Made by a program: the position numbers and the translations under genes
Shown here: piece after piece, positions 24,648 through 37,671 of the stretch
Layout: each line of letters begins with the position of its first letter
Numbering within the stretch: the stretch's first letter is position 1
The notes under the pieces: model-generated
What the model was told of the DNA's origin: nothing
What the model saw: only the letters and a program-made list of their open reading frames with translations
Database searches by the model: none
Source of the DNA: Zancudomyces culisetae HAW-14-8
Taxonomy: Eukaryota > Fungi > Kickxellomycota
DNA length: 64,000 nt
Reading direction: 5' to 3'
Assembly (NCBI GenBank): GCA_052426225.1
Contig: JBNJNM010000011.1
Coordinates: forward strand, 3,596,001 to 3,660,000

Positions 24648-26548
24648 TATCCTTCATACTTTCGAACTGAGGGGATGTTAAGAAATAGTGATCTTCCTTT
24701 TTTGTAAATGACATAATTCACATTAGTTAAATGCAAATAGGTATATCAAGAAATGCGGACGAAAAAAACCGACATTTGTGCTCTCATTCAATTTTTTTTT
24801 GTATGCTTATACACTTTTTTTTGTGGAAAAGCCTATTTGGGCGTATCCGTCTGTAGAAATGATGATGTTTGAATAAAATATCCAAAAAAACGACGCTTAT
24901 ACGGCATCACTGGTGCGCAAGACCCCCTTATGGATATTTATTTCTTTGAGTCTGGATTTATCCCAAAATGAATTTAGACACATCAATTGGAGAAAAGCAT
25001 TCTTTTTGAAGCCTTTCGGGTTCATAAACAGCAACTCATTGCTATTACAAAATACCCATACAAAAATTTAATGTATTTTACTTTATTGCTCGATGATTTA
25101 CTAGTAACTATCACATAAGGCTACACAAAAGAATAAAACTACACAAAATCTACCTAAAAAATTTATGTCAGCCCCTCTAGAGACTCCATATCCAACTGGG
25201 TGAGATCCAAGGAAATATTCGATGTAACTAATAGTTTAACATTAAGGTTTTTAAAAATTAGACGAGCCATCTATTAATAGAATTTACTTGACATTTCTAA
25301 ACATGCGTAATATTTTGGCGGAATAGAATCCCATTTTTTTAATATATAGGTGGAAAGGAAAGAAATCTAATAGTATTGACGTATTTTTTTTTTTGCAATT
25401 TCACAACTCGTATAGCAATGGGTTATGATTTTATGAAGGTACTTACACTCAAGCCATCCTCCTAGTGCGAGGTTGGACTTAGATGCTGAGTGCCTAGGCC
25501 CAGTGCTTAGTACCCGATATTATACCTCAAGCAGAACGGGTCTACTTATATATTGGTGCCATCTTGCCATTGTTACAATATCTCTATGCTGCTATTCCTT
25601 GTATCCCTGTATCCTTGTATCTTTGTTCCTTGTATACTACACGCAATTCGTACAGATATATTCATTTTTGCCAAATCCAAAAATGTTATGATAATATAAT
25701 TTGTATTTCAAATTGCCTTTTTTATTTTTGATTAATGTGAAAATATATTGGATGAAAACCATCGCATCCCCAGCAGAACTATATTAAATTGGCAAAAGGC
25801 CATCTGTTTGTGGATAGAGTTTAAAAGCACTTACATAAAATTGGTTAAAGTTGGATTATTTAATTTAGGTAAGACAATATTTGTGTCACTCACATATTTA
25901 GCTGAATATATGAAAAAAGATTTGAAAAAGCAAAAAAAAAAAAAGAAAAAGAAAAATTTGAAAAGAGTGGTACGGTTTCCGATTTTTAGCGTTGAAAAAA
26001 AAAGACAAAAACTTTTCATAAATGCCTATAAACCTTAAAAGAGCATGTTAAGGAAGGGCATTATCTTTGATTGTCTATTTCTTTAAAAAGAGGATAAGAA
26101 AGTAAAAGTGAATATACCAGCAAAAAGCATACACCAGCATTGCTAATAGTACCTGAACATATTCACAAACCACAAGATTTCACTTTTTTTCTTACGCCCA
26201 TAGTGTATGTAGGTTCTAATCACTACTGTTGGGTGTTAGAAAAAAAAAACAATATTTCGATAATACTAGTTGTGTACTCGATCAAATCTTTTGGATAGAA
26301 AACAAGCTATTTGATATATATGCTATACGTGCACAAGTAAAAGCGATAAAAAAAGGTAGTGTATTATCAACAAAAAAGATTCTTTTAATACGCGAAAAAT
26401 TCGAACGGAGAGAAAGGCGAAATCCCTTGGGGTAAGCGAAACCAATCCAATAAAGGAAGACAACTGAGTAGGTGATATATATATATATATGTATTTGGGT
26501 TGGGATTAGCTTAATAGTAAAATGAGAGAGTATACAACATAAACGAAC

Positions 26549-29500
26549 ATGAGTAAGATAAAGAGGTATAATACTATCAGAAGCGTAGGAGGTGAGAGAT
26601 CAATATCGAATGGATCAATCAAGAATCAAATTATATCCAAAAAAGTTATAGAAGAAGAATCAGTGTCGCAAATAACTCATAAAAACAAGAAGAGCGGATA
26701 TGTTGCTACCGATACCAATCCACAAACTATTGAACACGATGTTAGACTAAATGAGGATGCAGCATATATTGAGCTGAGAGAACAAAGGGGAGTAAATGTC
26801 ATACCTGGGCATATACTTCAAGAAAAATCCTTTTCAGACCCGACTATAGCTGTAGGAGTCGACCCTTATTTAGGACCAAACTATTCTATGGATTATATTA
26901 ATCCAGGCTCGAGTACTGATAATACTGGAATTAATCCAATGTTAAAGGTCGAAAAGATTGATAAAGATACAAAAAGGGTCATTTCCAATGAGCAAAGCTA
27001 TTCGTGCGCAAATTCATTGACTTTAGATGCAACCGAAATCATCACAAGGAATTATAATGCACTGAATTTTGACACAAAAAGCGTAAATTTTCCGGAAGAG
27101 AGTAAGGTTGATAGTGAGAAACTAGCGATTGATGTTTCTCATCAAAAACAGGTTCGGGCAAGGGCAACAAGTCGGGGAGTTACACCGCTGAAAATCAAAT
27201 ATTTTATGCGCAGTACAAAAGGGTTTACTGGAAAGCCAAGCAGTAAGGAGCATATGAAAGAGAACTCTGATGCTGATTCTACGGCAGCTGTGAGGAGCGA
27301 GAAAACTTTGGACTACACCAATAAGCAGGAAGATATTGTTATGAACCTTCGTACTCCATCGACAAGTACTGAGCTCGATGCTTGTAGCCATGGTTTTAAT
27401 CAACTAGGAAAACCTGACTCTGAAATAATTTTTTTTGAATCTGAAGGTGCGACAGATACTCAGAATACTTACCCTGTTGAAGATCCCAGCTTGTGTGATA
27501 CTTTACCTCGTGTAAAATCACAAGAGAAAGATAATGATGTGCAATTCTTGGAAATAGAGGATACCAACATGTTGTTTGATGAAAATCAGAACAAAACGAA
27601 GGTTGTTGATAGTCATCAACCCATAAATGACAAGACGGAGGGTTTTAAAGATATTTATGCAGATTTTGCAGGAAATAACAAAGTGAAAGATGAAGAAGAG
27701 GATGTGATTGGGAATGAGCTGAGTAAACCCAGTACTGAACATAAGAATTCAAAAGAAGGGGCTCAGTATTACCCAGATCACCGAGAAAGTGCGACAATGG
27801 GTAATTCGGCTGTAGAGCGGATGAAAAATGAACTCATTCCTATGAAAATTGATTCTGCCATGAGTACATCCCACGTAACAGCTGTTGATAAAATATTCCC
27901 AACCGACAATGAGATGCCGCCCATAAGGGATAAGCCGGTACTGTCTGTAAACACAGATGAAGTTGGCGTGTTTGATGCTAAAAGCTTGAGTGAAAATATT
28001 TTTTTGTCAAATTTTGAAATTACACCAGTAAACTTTGAACTATCTGTCAACTCTTCCATAAAAAACGTAAAGGTAAGTCAAGAGAATGTAGCCAACGCTT
28101 CTCGGTTTGAGAAAGTGGACTCGGATGATGAACATATGTTGGGTGAGTTTAGGACTAATTTACCAACTATGGTACCTGTGACCGATACTATGCATGCAGA
28201 GGTCCGAGATTCTATGAATTCTGAAAAAGAAAATACTGATGTGGATTCTACAGCTGGTCGTATAACTACAAGATTGACGAAAGTGAGAAGTACTGACCAG
28301 AACGAGTCTATAGCAGGGAACTCGCTAGAAGTAGATGTGACTACGAGCGAAGCCAGTTTAAAAAACAAAACGGGTACCGCGTATAATCAGACTATGCAAA
28401 ATAATAATATAGTAGGTGTCTCTTCGGGGACTGTGTATTTAGATGACAATCTTACAGAAACACACTTAAAGGTTCTTGAGGATTCTCCTTTGAGTGGTCA
28501 CCATTCTCTACAAGAAAAGCAAACACAACCTGCATCTATCGACACTACCACTGTACATAAAAATGAGCGTGAAACTGAACGTGAGACTGACACTGAAGAT
28601 AGTGATGTGAAGGAGAGTACCATTAGTGCCCCCGATGTGAATGGCGAGGAAAATATGAGCAAAGATATCAACACTGAAAATGTATCAGTGTCCTTTGATG
28701 ATCAAAGTGAGGTTAGAGTGGATGCTGAACCAGCCAATAATAAAAACTCACCAATCAAAAGTGTACCTGAACCTTCGCCTACAAAAAGTACAAAGCATCG
28801 TGTTGAAGATGTACTACAAACTAGTGAGAGCCATACAAGCCAACCAGTGGGAAATGACAATATTTTTATCAATCCTAGTGATTCTGAAAACGAAAATCTA
28901 TACTTGGAGCAGTTACACAACAAAACTAAGAGTGAGACCCGACCAAAAAAACTACTAGCACCCCCTGATATCAAACCAGCGAAAAACAAGAAGAGAGGGT
29001 TTTTTAATTTAAATTTCAACTTATTATATGGTGAAAACTCGGACGGTGGTACTGATGAAACAAACTCAAATTTAAAAACAAAAGAAGCGGGAGTTTTAGA
29101 CTCATCTGCGAGTCCACACTATCAAAGTTTCAAAGAAGCGCGTAAAACAAATACCCATGCACACGCTGACATCAAAAAATACAGGAAGGAAGTAATATCT
29201 TTACGTAATGAGGTGATGGCGCTTAAAGAAAAACTGAATGCTTCTAAAAAATCGGAGGAAAAGGCACATACGGATTTGGAATTGGTTAAGGTCGAAACGG
29301 ATGGGCTCAAGAAACAGGTCAAAGAGCTTACAACTGCAAAGATTGGTATCGAGAATGAGCTAGAAGATCTTACGCAATCCCTATTTAGCGAAGCCAACAA
29401 GATGGTTGCCGAGGAGAAGAAAAATAGCTATGAATTGGAGCAAGTAAATATCAGTTTGCTTCAGAAAGTCAAGACTTTGGAGGCGTATATTTCCGAAGCC

Positions 29501-30340
29501 CAGACGCTGAAAAACAGCCTTCCTCAGATTAGTACCACTTCTAAAACAACTAAGACTGATATCCTGGTTAAAGTAAACAATTCATATGACTATACTCATA
29601 GCCTTTCGTTAGACTTTGTCGAGTTCCTCAACACCCAGATACCAAAACTAAAGCTTATTCGTGATACCAACAAAATTAAAAACAGTATTAGTTCCAAGAA
29701 GCGTTTTAAGAAAAGCAAGTTGCGATTTAATATAAATGCCAAAAATGTACTAACATCCAAGATGTTTGAGAACGGAAAATTTTTGTTCTCAAAATATTAC
29801 AAACAGCTTTTATTTGCACGACGCGGTAATGCTGAACTATGGAGCAAGACACGTTTCATAAACAACCTTTTGGTTAAAAATGAAAATCTGAGCAAACATG
29901 GAGCACTAATAGCAAGAACTATGATAGATTTGGTTGTAGACGGGAGGTTCCGGCTAGTGTCGACAAAAGGTATGGAATACCAGCCCAAGTGTACATTCCA
30001 TGAAGAAGAAAAGGCAGAAGCTTCCCTAGACTTTTATTTGCATGATGATGTGAGATATAAAGTTCTTCCACAACCACTGTTTCTAGGAGAAAGTGCATTA
30101 TTAAAGTTTAGTAATTTAGCAAGCCTGCTTAATTTTATAAAACTATGCATCCTTTTGCTAAGAAGAAAAATAGTTTCCAAGAAAAAGTATAAGAGGAATG
30201 ACAGCTTTTTTACGAAGTATGGATATGTCATGTACTATTTTCAACGGATTCTGAGATTCAATGCATTTTTAAACAAAAACAGAGCTTCTTCCAACAAAAA
30301 ACTTGCTTATTCCGCATCTGATACTCTCTTGGCTTCATAG
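26549..30340 (+). CDS. 1263-aa Sec2/Rabin8-like Rab GEF coiled-coil protein with a very long acidic disordered N-terminus
   Basis: Uninterrupted 3.8-kb ORF. Sec2p signature IENELEDLTQSLFSEANKMVAEEK lies in a coiled coil near aa 930-955. Confidence 0.72.
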   Translation: MSKIKRYNTIRSVGGERSISNGSIKNQIISKKVIEEESVSQITHKNKKSGYVATDTNPQTIEHDVRLNEDAAYIELREQRGVNVIPGHILQEKSFSDPTIAVGVDPYLGPNYSMDYINPGSSTDNTGINPMLKVEKIDKDTKRVISNEQSYSCANSLTLDATEIITRNYNALNFDTKSVNFPEESKVDSEKLAIDVSHQKQVRARATSRGVTPLKIKYFMRSTKGFTGKPSSKEHMKENSDADSTAAVRSEKTLDYTNKQEDIVMNLRTPSTSTELDACSHGFNQLGKPDSEIIFFESEGATDTQNTYPVEDPSLCDTLPRVKSQEKDNDVQFLEIEDTNMLFDENQNKTKVVDSHQPINDKTEGFKDIYADFAGNNKVKDEEEDVIGNELSKPSTEHKNSKEGAQYYPDHRESATMGNSAVERMKNELIPMKIDSAMSTSHVTAVDKIFPTDNEMPPIRDKPVLSVNTDEVGVFDAKSLSENIFLSNFEITPVNFELSVNSSIKNVKVSQENVANASRFEKVDSDDEHMLGEFRTNLPTMVPVTDTMHAEVRDSMNSEKENTDVDSTAGRITTRLTKVRSTDQNESIAGNSLEVDVTTSEASLKNKTGTAYNQTMQNNNIVGVSSGTVYLDDNLTETHLKVLEDSPLSGHHSLQEKQTQPASIDTTTVHKNERETERETDTEDSDVKESTISAPDVNGEENMSKDINTENVSVSFDDQSEVRVDAEPANNKNSPIKSVPEPSPTKSTKHRVEDVLQTSESHTSQPVGNDNIFINPSDSENENLYLEQLHNKTKSETRPKKLLAPPDIKPAKNKKRGFFNLNFNLLYGENSDGGTDETNSNLKTKEAGVLDSSASPHYQSFKEARKTNTHAHADIKKYRKEVISLRNEVMALKEKLNASKKSEEKAHTDLELVKVETDGLKKQVKELTTAKIGIENELEDLTQSLFSEANKMVAEEKKNSYELEQVNISLLQKVKTLEAYISEAQTLKNSLPQISTTSKTTKTDILVKVNNSYDYTHSLSLDFVEFLNTQIPKLKLIRDTNKIKNSISSKKRFKKSKLRFNINAKNVLTSKMFENGKFLFSKYYKQLLFARRGNAELWSKTRFINNLLVKNENLSKHGALIARTMIDLVVDGRFRLVSTKGMEYQPKCTFHEEEKAEASLDFYLHDDVRYKVLPQPLFLGESALLKFSNLASLLNFIKLCILLLRRKIVSKKKYKRNDSFFTKYGYVMYYFQRILRFNAFLNKNRASSNKKLAYSASDTLLAS

Positions 30341-30920
30341 ACAGCTGGGGAAAATCTTGGAACTGGAACGCCCCCTCCCTCTTCTCCCTCTCCTCCCTAC
30401 ACACAAACCTTACTCCACACTCTCCTCTCTACTACATACATATATACAATGGATCCTGGCATGCGCCTTTTCTTTTATTTTTTTTTCTATTCATTACAGT
30501 TATTTGCATAGTTAGCGTTTACACAACAAATATCATTGAACAACAATATGTTTTTAGACTACAACATAAACTCTCCAACCTTCCTAACCTTACTTTACCT
30601 TTTCAATCCTCTTTATGCTAGTGATGTCATTCAATAAAGTCGCTCTAATTCAGCGTAACTAATTTACAAGGCATAATCAGGAAATAAACCAAAAATCACA
30701 ATTAACTAGGTAAAACTAGAGTAGTCCAGTAATGCCCATATGAAAGTGGAAATCAAGTAAAACCACTAAAAGAGGAATTTAATTTTATTCATTTTTCATA
30801 ATATTGTTTATCCAAACAACACGTGTTTGCCAATGTAGATAAAATAAAGATAAAAAAGAAAAAACACAAGAAAAAGGAAATAGAAAAAGAAAGGCATAGG
30901 ATAGGCATAGGCAAGACAAA

Positions 30921-32711
30921 CTATGCTAATGCCCCCATTGGATCCCATGGTGGAAGAACAATGGGCTCCATAGTCAAAAGATCAAGGAGGTCCTTTGGGA
31001 CATCTTCAAAATCCAAAACTATTTGGTACACAAATTCATTAAACCAGTCGTTGGACATAGTCAAGTATCCTTTGTTGCCATTATCTTCACCCCATGAGTT
31101 CTCGACACGCCAACGACTCACTTTTCTGCACTTTTTAGGATCATCGTCCTTACAATTGGCATTGGTTCCAGTCTGTGTCTTGTCCTCGTCCTTGTTTTTA
31201 CTCTCAAGTTGTAAACCGGTGAGTACCATAGCATGAGTCATAAGACTCTCACCGTATCTGAGCCGTTCGGCTTTACTGAACTTTGTATATAACCCGTCAA
31301 TTCCAAATCCGCTTTTATAATCAATGACGTTGATATCCAAGACGCCATTAGTACTGGATCTGAATTTTCCAACATCACAACCAAACCAGACAGGTTTATT
31401 CTTTAATACTATGGCCTGTGCTGCCAAACACTTCATTTTCTCTACAGGCACGTTTATATATCTTACTTGTGTGCTAGCTCCGACTACGTTTCCCAAGTAT
31501 TTAACAGTATACACCTTGAAGTATTCGTTTCTGGGATCGTGTATAAGTGAAATGGTCTGCTGAAGACCGTTGGGGAAATGAGCCTTGTAGAAGTCCAGAG
31601 GGGTTTGATCATTGAGTTCTATACATTCTTTATCCTTGTTATAAACTATCCAGTCAAACTTTTGTGGAGGTGTTCCCAATGATACACATAGAATCCTGTA
31701 TATTTCCTCCAGGCATTTACTCCTAATTTCCTGCGCCACCTTGTTCTTTTCCAAGGGTGTTTGTTTTATGTGAACGGCATCACGGATTTCCTTTCCATAT
31801 TTGCGTAACAATGTGGTTATGAGGCTATCCATTCCGGCACTATTCATAGAGTGGCGCGTATCGGGATATGAGTCAATTGGTACAATTCCGTACTTTTCAA
31901 CAAGTGCAACAAACATGTCCCATTGCCCACCATCCTGAACTGGAGAATTGAGAAGATATTGAACAACTCTACCATCGAGCTCATCATCTGCAGTCTCCTC
32001 CATAAGATTTAGATACCAGTTGGATTTCTCCATTTTGTCATAGAAAAACAGGTATGTCTGGGAAAGCTCGAGGTTCTCCAAGTTGTACTTTTTCATCAGT
32101 TGCAGCCTCATAACATTCAAACCGGCAAATAACCAACACCTACCACTGCTCTTTTGGTTAGTTATTTTTCCTTCCAAACTTATCTTCTTGTTGAAAATAG
32201 GCTTGTTTTCCAAATAGACGTCCCTATTTTCTAAACCTGTGACGTAGGATTGTTTTGAAAGGGTGTGCATGGCCAAAAGGTTTTTGGGATCCTTGGAAAA
32301 GCTATCCCTATTATACAATTAATTGTAATGTTAGTTGTGCATTGTGCTAGTATATCCGAGTGTTTAATAATAAAAATAACATAGTTTAATAGCAATAGTA
32401 ATGACAATAATAATAAGACCTCCTTCTCACCCCTGTCTTCCTTTTTTGTACCCGTGCTAACCTCACAGCGTAATACTCTCTTGAAAAGAAGTATTATAAT
32501 TGAATGTAAAGTGAATGCTACCAAGTTACCTATACTCTTGAATATCGTTCATCCCAAGCTCATGTCCTGCTATGTTGTTAAATTTAGATACTATGGGGTC
32601 CAGCCTAGTATCCAAGCTCAAATTCGCAACATCATTAACAAGACTCTGGGTCGATGCACTGGAGATTGATTCCTTTTCCATTTCGGTTTTCTTTCTGATA
32701 ATTATAGTCAT
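30921..32711 (-). CDS. LAP3: Bleomycin hydrolase / cysteine aminopeptidase (peptidase C1B); 2 exons
   Basis: NQKSSGRCWLFA (Cys), SLMTHAM (His), WRVENSWG (Asn), C-terminal PWDPMGALA. Start is ATG 32711 or 32681. Confidence 0.95.
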
Positions 32712-33993
32712 TGTATGTCGAATTCCAAATATGTCTACCGTTTATATAATTTTTTTTTTGCTATAAATAGTTCTTGACACTTGCGTGATGTTTAGGAGGA
32801 CATTGAAAACAATTAAACCTGAATATATAATCTTATACCAACCTGTGCTATTTTAGCAGTTAAATGGGTTTACGGAAATTTGAATTGAAGACTAAATCCT
32901 GCATCACTTTCTACTTTTTGCATTTCCCACAATTTTTTAACCACTCATCGGAAGGCTAGACTTTCCGATATTAATTTTTCATGTGACATTAAGAAGCAAA
33001 AAAAAATTTTGGCAAAAAACTATCCAGAAAATTTGGCACGTGAAGGAGTTCACCACAGGACAACCAATTCTGCGGCAGCCACCTTGTGTAATTCATAGCT
33101 TACATTAAAATATGCTACTTTATGCTTAACAGGGGAAAAAAATTAGCTAATTGAGAATAAGAGGGTAAGTGTACATAATAGACCTTTTTATAGAACACTT
33201 TTCTTCATTTGTTTGCACTGGGTAACCATTTTTTTATTGGGGATAAATAACAGTCATAAAATAGACAATTGCTCGAATTCAAAAAAGAAGTCTTTTTCGA
33301 TTTCTGAGAATAACTCCGTATAAAATAAAGACAAAGGTGACATAAGCGCAATATCTAAAACGCCAGTGTAGTGGCGATTAGGTAGTACATATCAGAATGG
33401 TGTTGTAGAGAGGATTAGTACGTCTGAAGTCAGCTCTATTTTTAAATATTAGACTCAAAGATGTATAAAATTATCACTGTTATAATAAAGTTTACACAAA
33501 AGATTGTTGAGTTGCTAACGCACAAAGAGCGCAACTATTAATTTAGTGATGATTTAAAAGAGAAGGCGAATGGAATTATTTTTAGAAAGCCGAACCCGGA
33601 GATACTCAAAAAAAATCAATAGCATTCAACGAATAGAACATGCTGAAATGTGCGGTCAATATGTATTGTAAATGCCTCGAGACTGGTTAAAAGGGATAGG
33701 AAATAGCTAAAATCCATTATAAAATATGCGCCATTTATTAATATAAGCTGATAAATATTTGTGACATACTGTCTTTGACGGGCAGAAAAGAAAAAGATCT
33801 AGACAATCAGACTGTGTGAATGCGGCAATAGAGTAGCAATTAAAGGAACTAAAAAAGCAGTAACGTAAAAAAAAATTTAAAAAAAGCTCGTCAGCACTCT
33901 AAAAAGATACAAAGTGTTTGGGATCTAAAAGGATCAAAAACGCAAGTCAAGTAGAGAAAAGAATAAAACGAGAAAGTAATAATTGGGTGGATA

Positions 33994-34911
33994 TCAGAAT
34001 AGTGTATCTTCGTCTCTCAGATACTCGCCCACATCCGCTTGATGGTAAACAACTATTGCAGTTGGGTCTAGTTTGCCAGTTTCTAAAGCTGATCTAGCTG
34101 TAACGCCAAAGCCCTATTTAACGAAAAACAAAAAATTTAATACTGGCACAAAGAAAGAAAAAATTGGAGCGTGGATTTAAAGTACTTACTAATGGAACGT
34201 CATCATTAGAGAACACAACGATTCCTTGGTGTTCTGGAACATCTTCAGATATCTTTTGTATATGTGCTTTTACAACATGATTACCATAAAGATACGGCAT
34301 TACACCATTGTTTTTGATCCATATTTTGTACTATTGAGTTATCATTTGGTTGGTTATATTTTTGTCCAGCTAATCAAAGATTATTCCATATATATTCAAA
34401 ACAGAGGATAGCATATAGTATAGAGAATAGTAAATTACCTTTGCGTACTGGGAAAGATATTGGAGGGAGGTGACATGGAGTGTAAATTTTCCTGTCTTTG
34501 TGAATTTTCCAAAACATACTCCCAAAGAGACAAGATTTTTTCTGCCGAAACTAATAGCAATCTTCATTATATCTTCTCTATAAAACGGTTTTAGGAAAAT
34601 TGTGAATAAACTGAAATTTGAATGCTTGAAAATAAGTATTAAAAACCTGATGCTCAGTACCTAACATAGAATACCCTGTCTCTGTGTAATCGAAAGCAGT
34701 AAGATCCCTCGGGTCGCTCGATGAGCATCGAGATGTTTTCTCCTATACTATTTGTTTTTGTAATCTGTTAGTATGGCTATTGATAAGATTGGATTTCTAT
34801 GACTTGGTTGATTTGGGATTGCTGAATAATTAATGTATACAAGTAAATCAATTACTATTTTGCCAACTTTTCAAAAAAAGTTTTGGTTTCTTCGTCTGAT
34901 AGAGGTCTCAT
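33994..34911 (-). CDS. NIP7: 60S ribosome biogenesis factor Nip7; 5 exons
   Basis: [80 protein letters not shown]. Confidence 0.95.
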
Positions 34912-35343
34912 TGTGACTTTTCTCTGGAATTGGATGTTGTATATTACAGTGTCTATAGCGAATTGTACAATATTTTACCGAAACTATATATGTCGTTGCC
35001 TTTTTTTTTGTTACAGATCAAAAAAATGCTACTGGCAAAAAAATTTTTTGCACTAAAAAAAAAAAAATTTGCTATAATTATGCAGTATGCAAAAGCAGCA
35101 GCAAGAAAAGCTATAGTTGAAAAAAAATTCTAGGCCAATAAACTGAGGACTGGGGAAGCTAGCTAAAAAAAAATCAGGATAAAAAATCGTATAGAAAAAA
35201 AAAACGAGTTGCGAGATATGATTGGTGAAGTTATGATGGCAAAATTTTAGTTATTTATTAGATTCAAAAAATCAGCTTTATAGTTTCAGTTTCTCTTGTC
35301 TTTATTCTTTTAATCGAGAAAAGTAAATAGAACGAAATTAAAG

Positions 35344-36172
35344 ATGGTAAGTATATCAATATGCAAATATATATTTGTTACATTACAGTGCCCGATGTGC
35401 GATATGTACTAGAGGATGCAGCGTACATTTAACGGCGACTTTTTGATCGATTTTAACATTCAGAGCGTGTGGTTTGCGCGCATTTTGTTGAGTAAAAACT
35501 AGATTCATTTGAATCTGAAATTTCAACTCAACATTGTCGTACGCAATGCATTCGATAGAAATTATACTCAAACAGAATTAACGTCTGATTCTAACATGAA
35601 AAATGTAATTGTTGTGAACTTTAGCCTACCAGACTCAGCCACACACGTAAGAAGAGAGGACACGTTTCAGCCGGTCACGGTCGTGTCGGAAAGCACCGCA
35701 AGCATCCCGGAGGTCGTGGTATGGCTGGTGGTCAGCACCATCACAGAATCTTGATGGATAAGTACCATCCTGGTTACTTTGGTAAGGTCGGTATGCGTTA
35801 CTTCCGCAGAACCAACAACAAGTCATGGAGACCAGTTGTAAACGTCGAGAAGCTGTGGTCACTTGTTGATGCCGAAACACGCACAAAACTCTCAGCCAAC
35901 GCCGAGCTTGCCCCAGTCGTTGACACAATTCAACATGTAAGTTTATATTTACCCATATTAGTGCGGTTTCGCTTTGGCATTGATTATTTTAGTTGAAAGG
36001 TGCTGATCATCTGCTTTAACATTGTGAATATTCTTAATTTTAGGGATATGGTAAGGTTTTGGGTAAAGGATCAGTCCCAAAGAGACCAATTATTGTAAAG
36101 ACTAGATTTGTCTCATTCCGTGCTGAGCAAAAGATCAAGAAGGCAGGAGGTGTTGTCGTATTGGCAGCATAA
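35344..36172 (+). CDS. RPL28: 60S ribosomal protein uL15 (yeast L28 / human L27a); exons 35344-35346, 35625-35936, 36044-36172
   Basis: M|[58 protein letters not shown]...GYGKVLGKG...[16 protein letters not shown]. Confidence 0.97.
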
Positions 36173-36626
36173 TTTTGTTTGTTTAATAAGAGATTTTGAC
36201 ATTACATTATTTTTAGCTAACTAAGTGGTACTATTTGCTTTGTTTAAGTAATAAAGTTGAGAGTTTTTCTATGGTTATTGTGTGCGTTGATTGTGTTGGA
36301 AGTCGTTACTCCTCTTTAGGGCTACTTTTTGCGCTAGTGCTGATACATCATGTGAAGGGAAAGGAGGAAAATGCTCTAGCCGTGAAGCGTATATTTTCTT
36401 GATACACTCAGCGGTGTATTGTAACCTTGTATGGCAAAGTGATATATATACCTCTTACACACACCCTCTCTCTCAACAGATTGAGGGTTCTTGGATCTGA
36501 GACTTGAACAGAAAATCATCCGATTCTCAGTGGGTTTTGTTGCTTTATTACTTGTTGCTTAAGAGAACACTTTTTTCAGCTACAAAAAAAAAAAGATAGA
36601 AAAAAGAGGGAAAAGGGGGGCGTAAT

Positions 36627-37671
36627 CGCTGGGTATGGAGGTGAAATGTTCGGCATGTCTGAAGCAAGGGTAAAACCGATACAGCAAGCCGTGGACAACG
36701 CGATAAGAATAGCCATGGGAGTGGGCAGATCGACATGTATGAGGAGATTGCGAGAAGAATTAAATATAACAGATATTTACAGTAGAACGACCAGAGCTAG
36801 AGACAGAGCATTCCACAAATGGAGTGGCATGAAAACATGGATAGCAGATTTAATACAGAACCCCTTCAAACACTCGAAGGACACTTGGGTCACAGGGTAC
36901 ACAAGGTGGTCTAACAGATTCAACAGGATCAAGATTGATAATGTACCAACCGGAGAGATAAGAAAAACCAAAGAGACACTCGAGATAAACAACAGACTGA
37001 AAGACAAGTCGAATATTACAAAGTGGATAAAGGAAGTTGGAGCAGGCCGACAAAGGAACTGGGTCGACTTACAAGCGGCCTTTCCACAGTACATGAAACA
37101 CATTCTTTTCGTAGGTCGAATTCGAATAGGCCAATTTTGGACCGCCACGAGATTAGCAAATTCGGGTTTTATAGATCCAGATTACAAAGCCAAATGTCCG
37201 TTCTGTAAGAAAGAAGAAAAAGAAACAGTTGAACATTACCTATTAGATTGCAGCAGATGGGACGAAATTAGGAATGATTTACTTACCGAATTTATAGATT
37301 TTTATAGTTCTTTTTTATCTAGCACGATTTCCGAGTGTGTTGAGCTTCGCAGGAAAATCGTGGGTAAACTCCTGGGGGAGGAGTTAAAGCTCAAACTACC
37401 TGGGATTCTTCGGGATCCAAACGCCACTTGCGTTAGAGCAGTGGTTTCCACAGCCCGGTTTCTTAACGAGACCTTTTTACCTCGCTACCTAGTGTTGAAA
37501 GACATTAGTGTAGTCCCACTCCCCTTGAACCAATGCCCATCGGGTACGGAGACTCTAGAGAGTCGAAGGGGGATAGGATGAGTTTAGATTATAGATTGTT
37601 TTTAATTGTTTATAGGAACTGTTTATTTTCTAAATAAATTTTTTTTTCTACCGAAAAAAAAAAAAAAAAAA
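36627..37671 (+). mobile_element. 5'-truncated non-LTR retrotransposon (LINE) with poly(A) tail and TSD
   Basis: Starts in RT thumb-like YGGEMFG; ORF ends with CCHC knuckle CPFC-x9-H-x4-C; AATAAA at 37633-37638; A18 at 37654-37671. Perfect TSD AAAAGGGGGGCGTAAT at 36611-36626 and 37668-37683. Confidence 0.92.
36628..37581 (+). pseudogene. C-terminal fragment of LINE ORF2 (RT thumb + zinc knuckle); EN and RT core lost by 5' truncation
   Basis: Stop-free frame from the element's 5' junction. No YADD RT core and no endonuclease domain. Confidence 0.85.

Noticed and set aside
36290-36560. Spacer after uL15 with a U3 box B-like CGTGAAG and a CTGAGA/TCTCAG stem
   Set aside because: No U3 5' domain or ordered C/D boxes; most likely the uL15 and displaced DBP10 3'UTRs.
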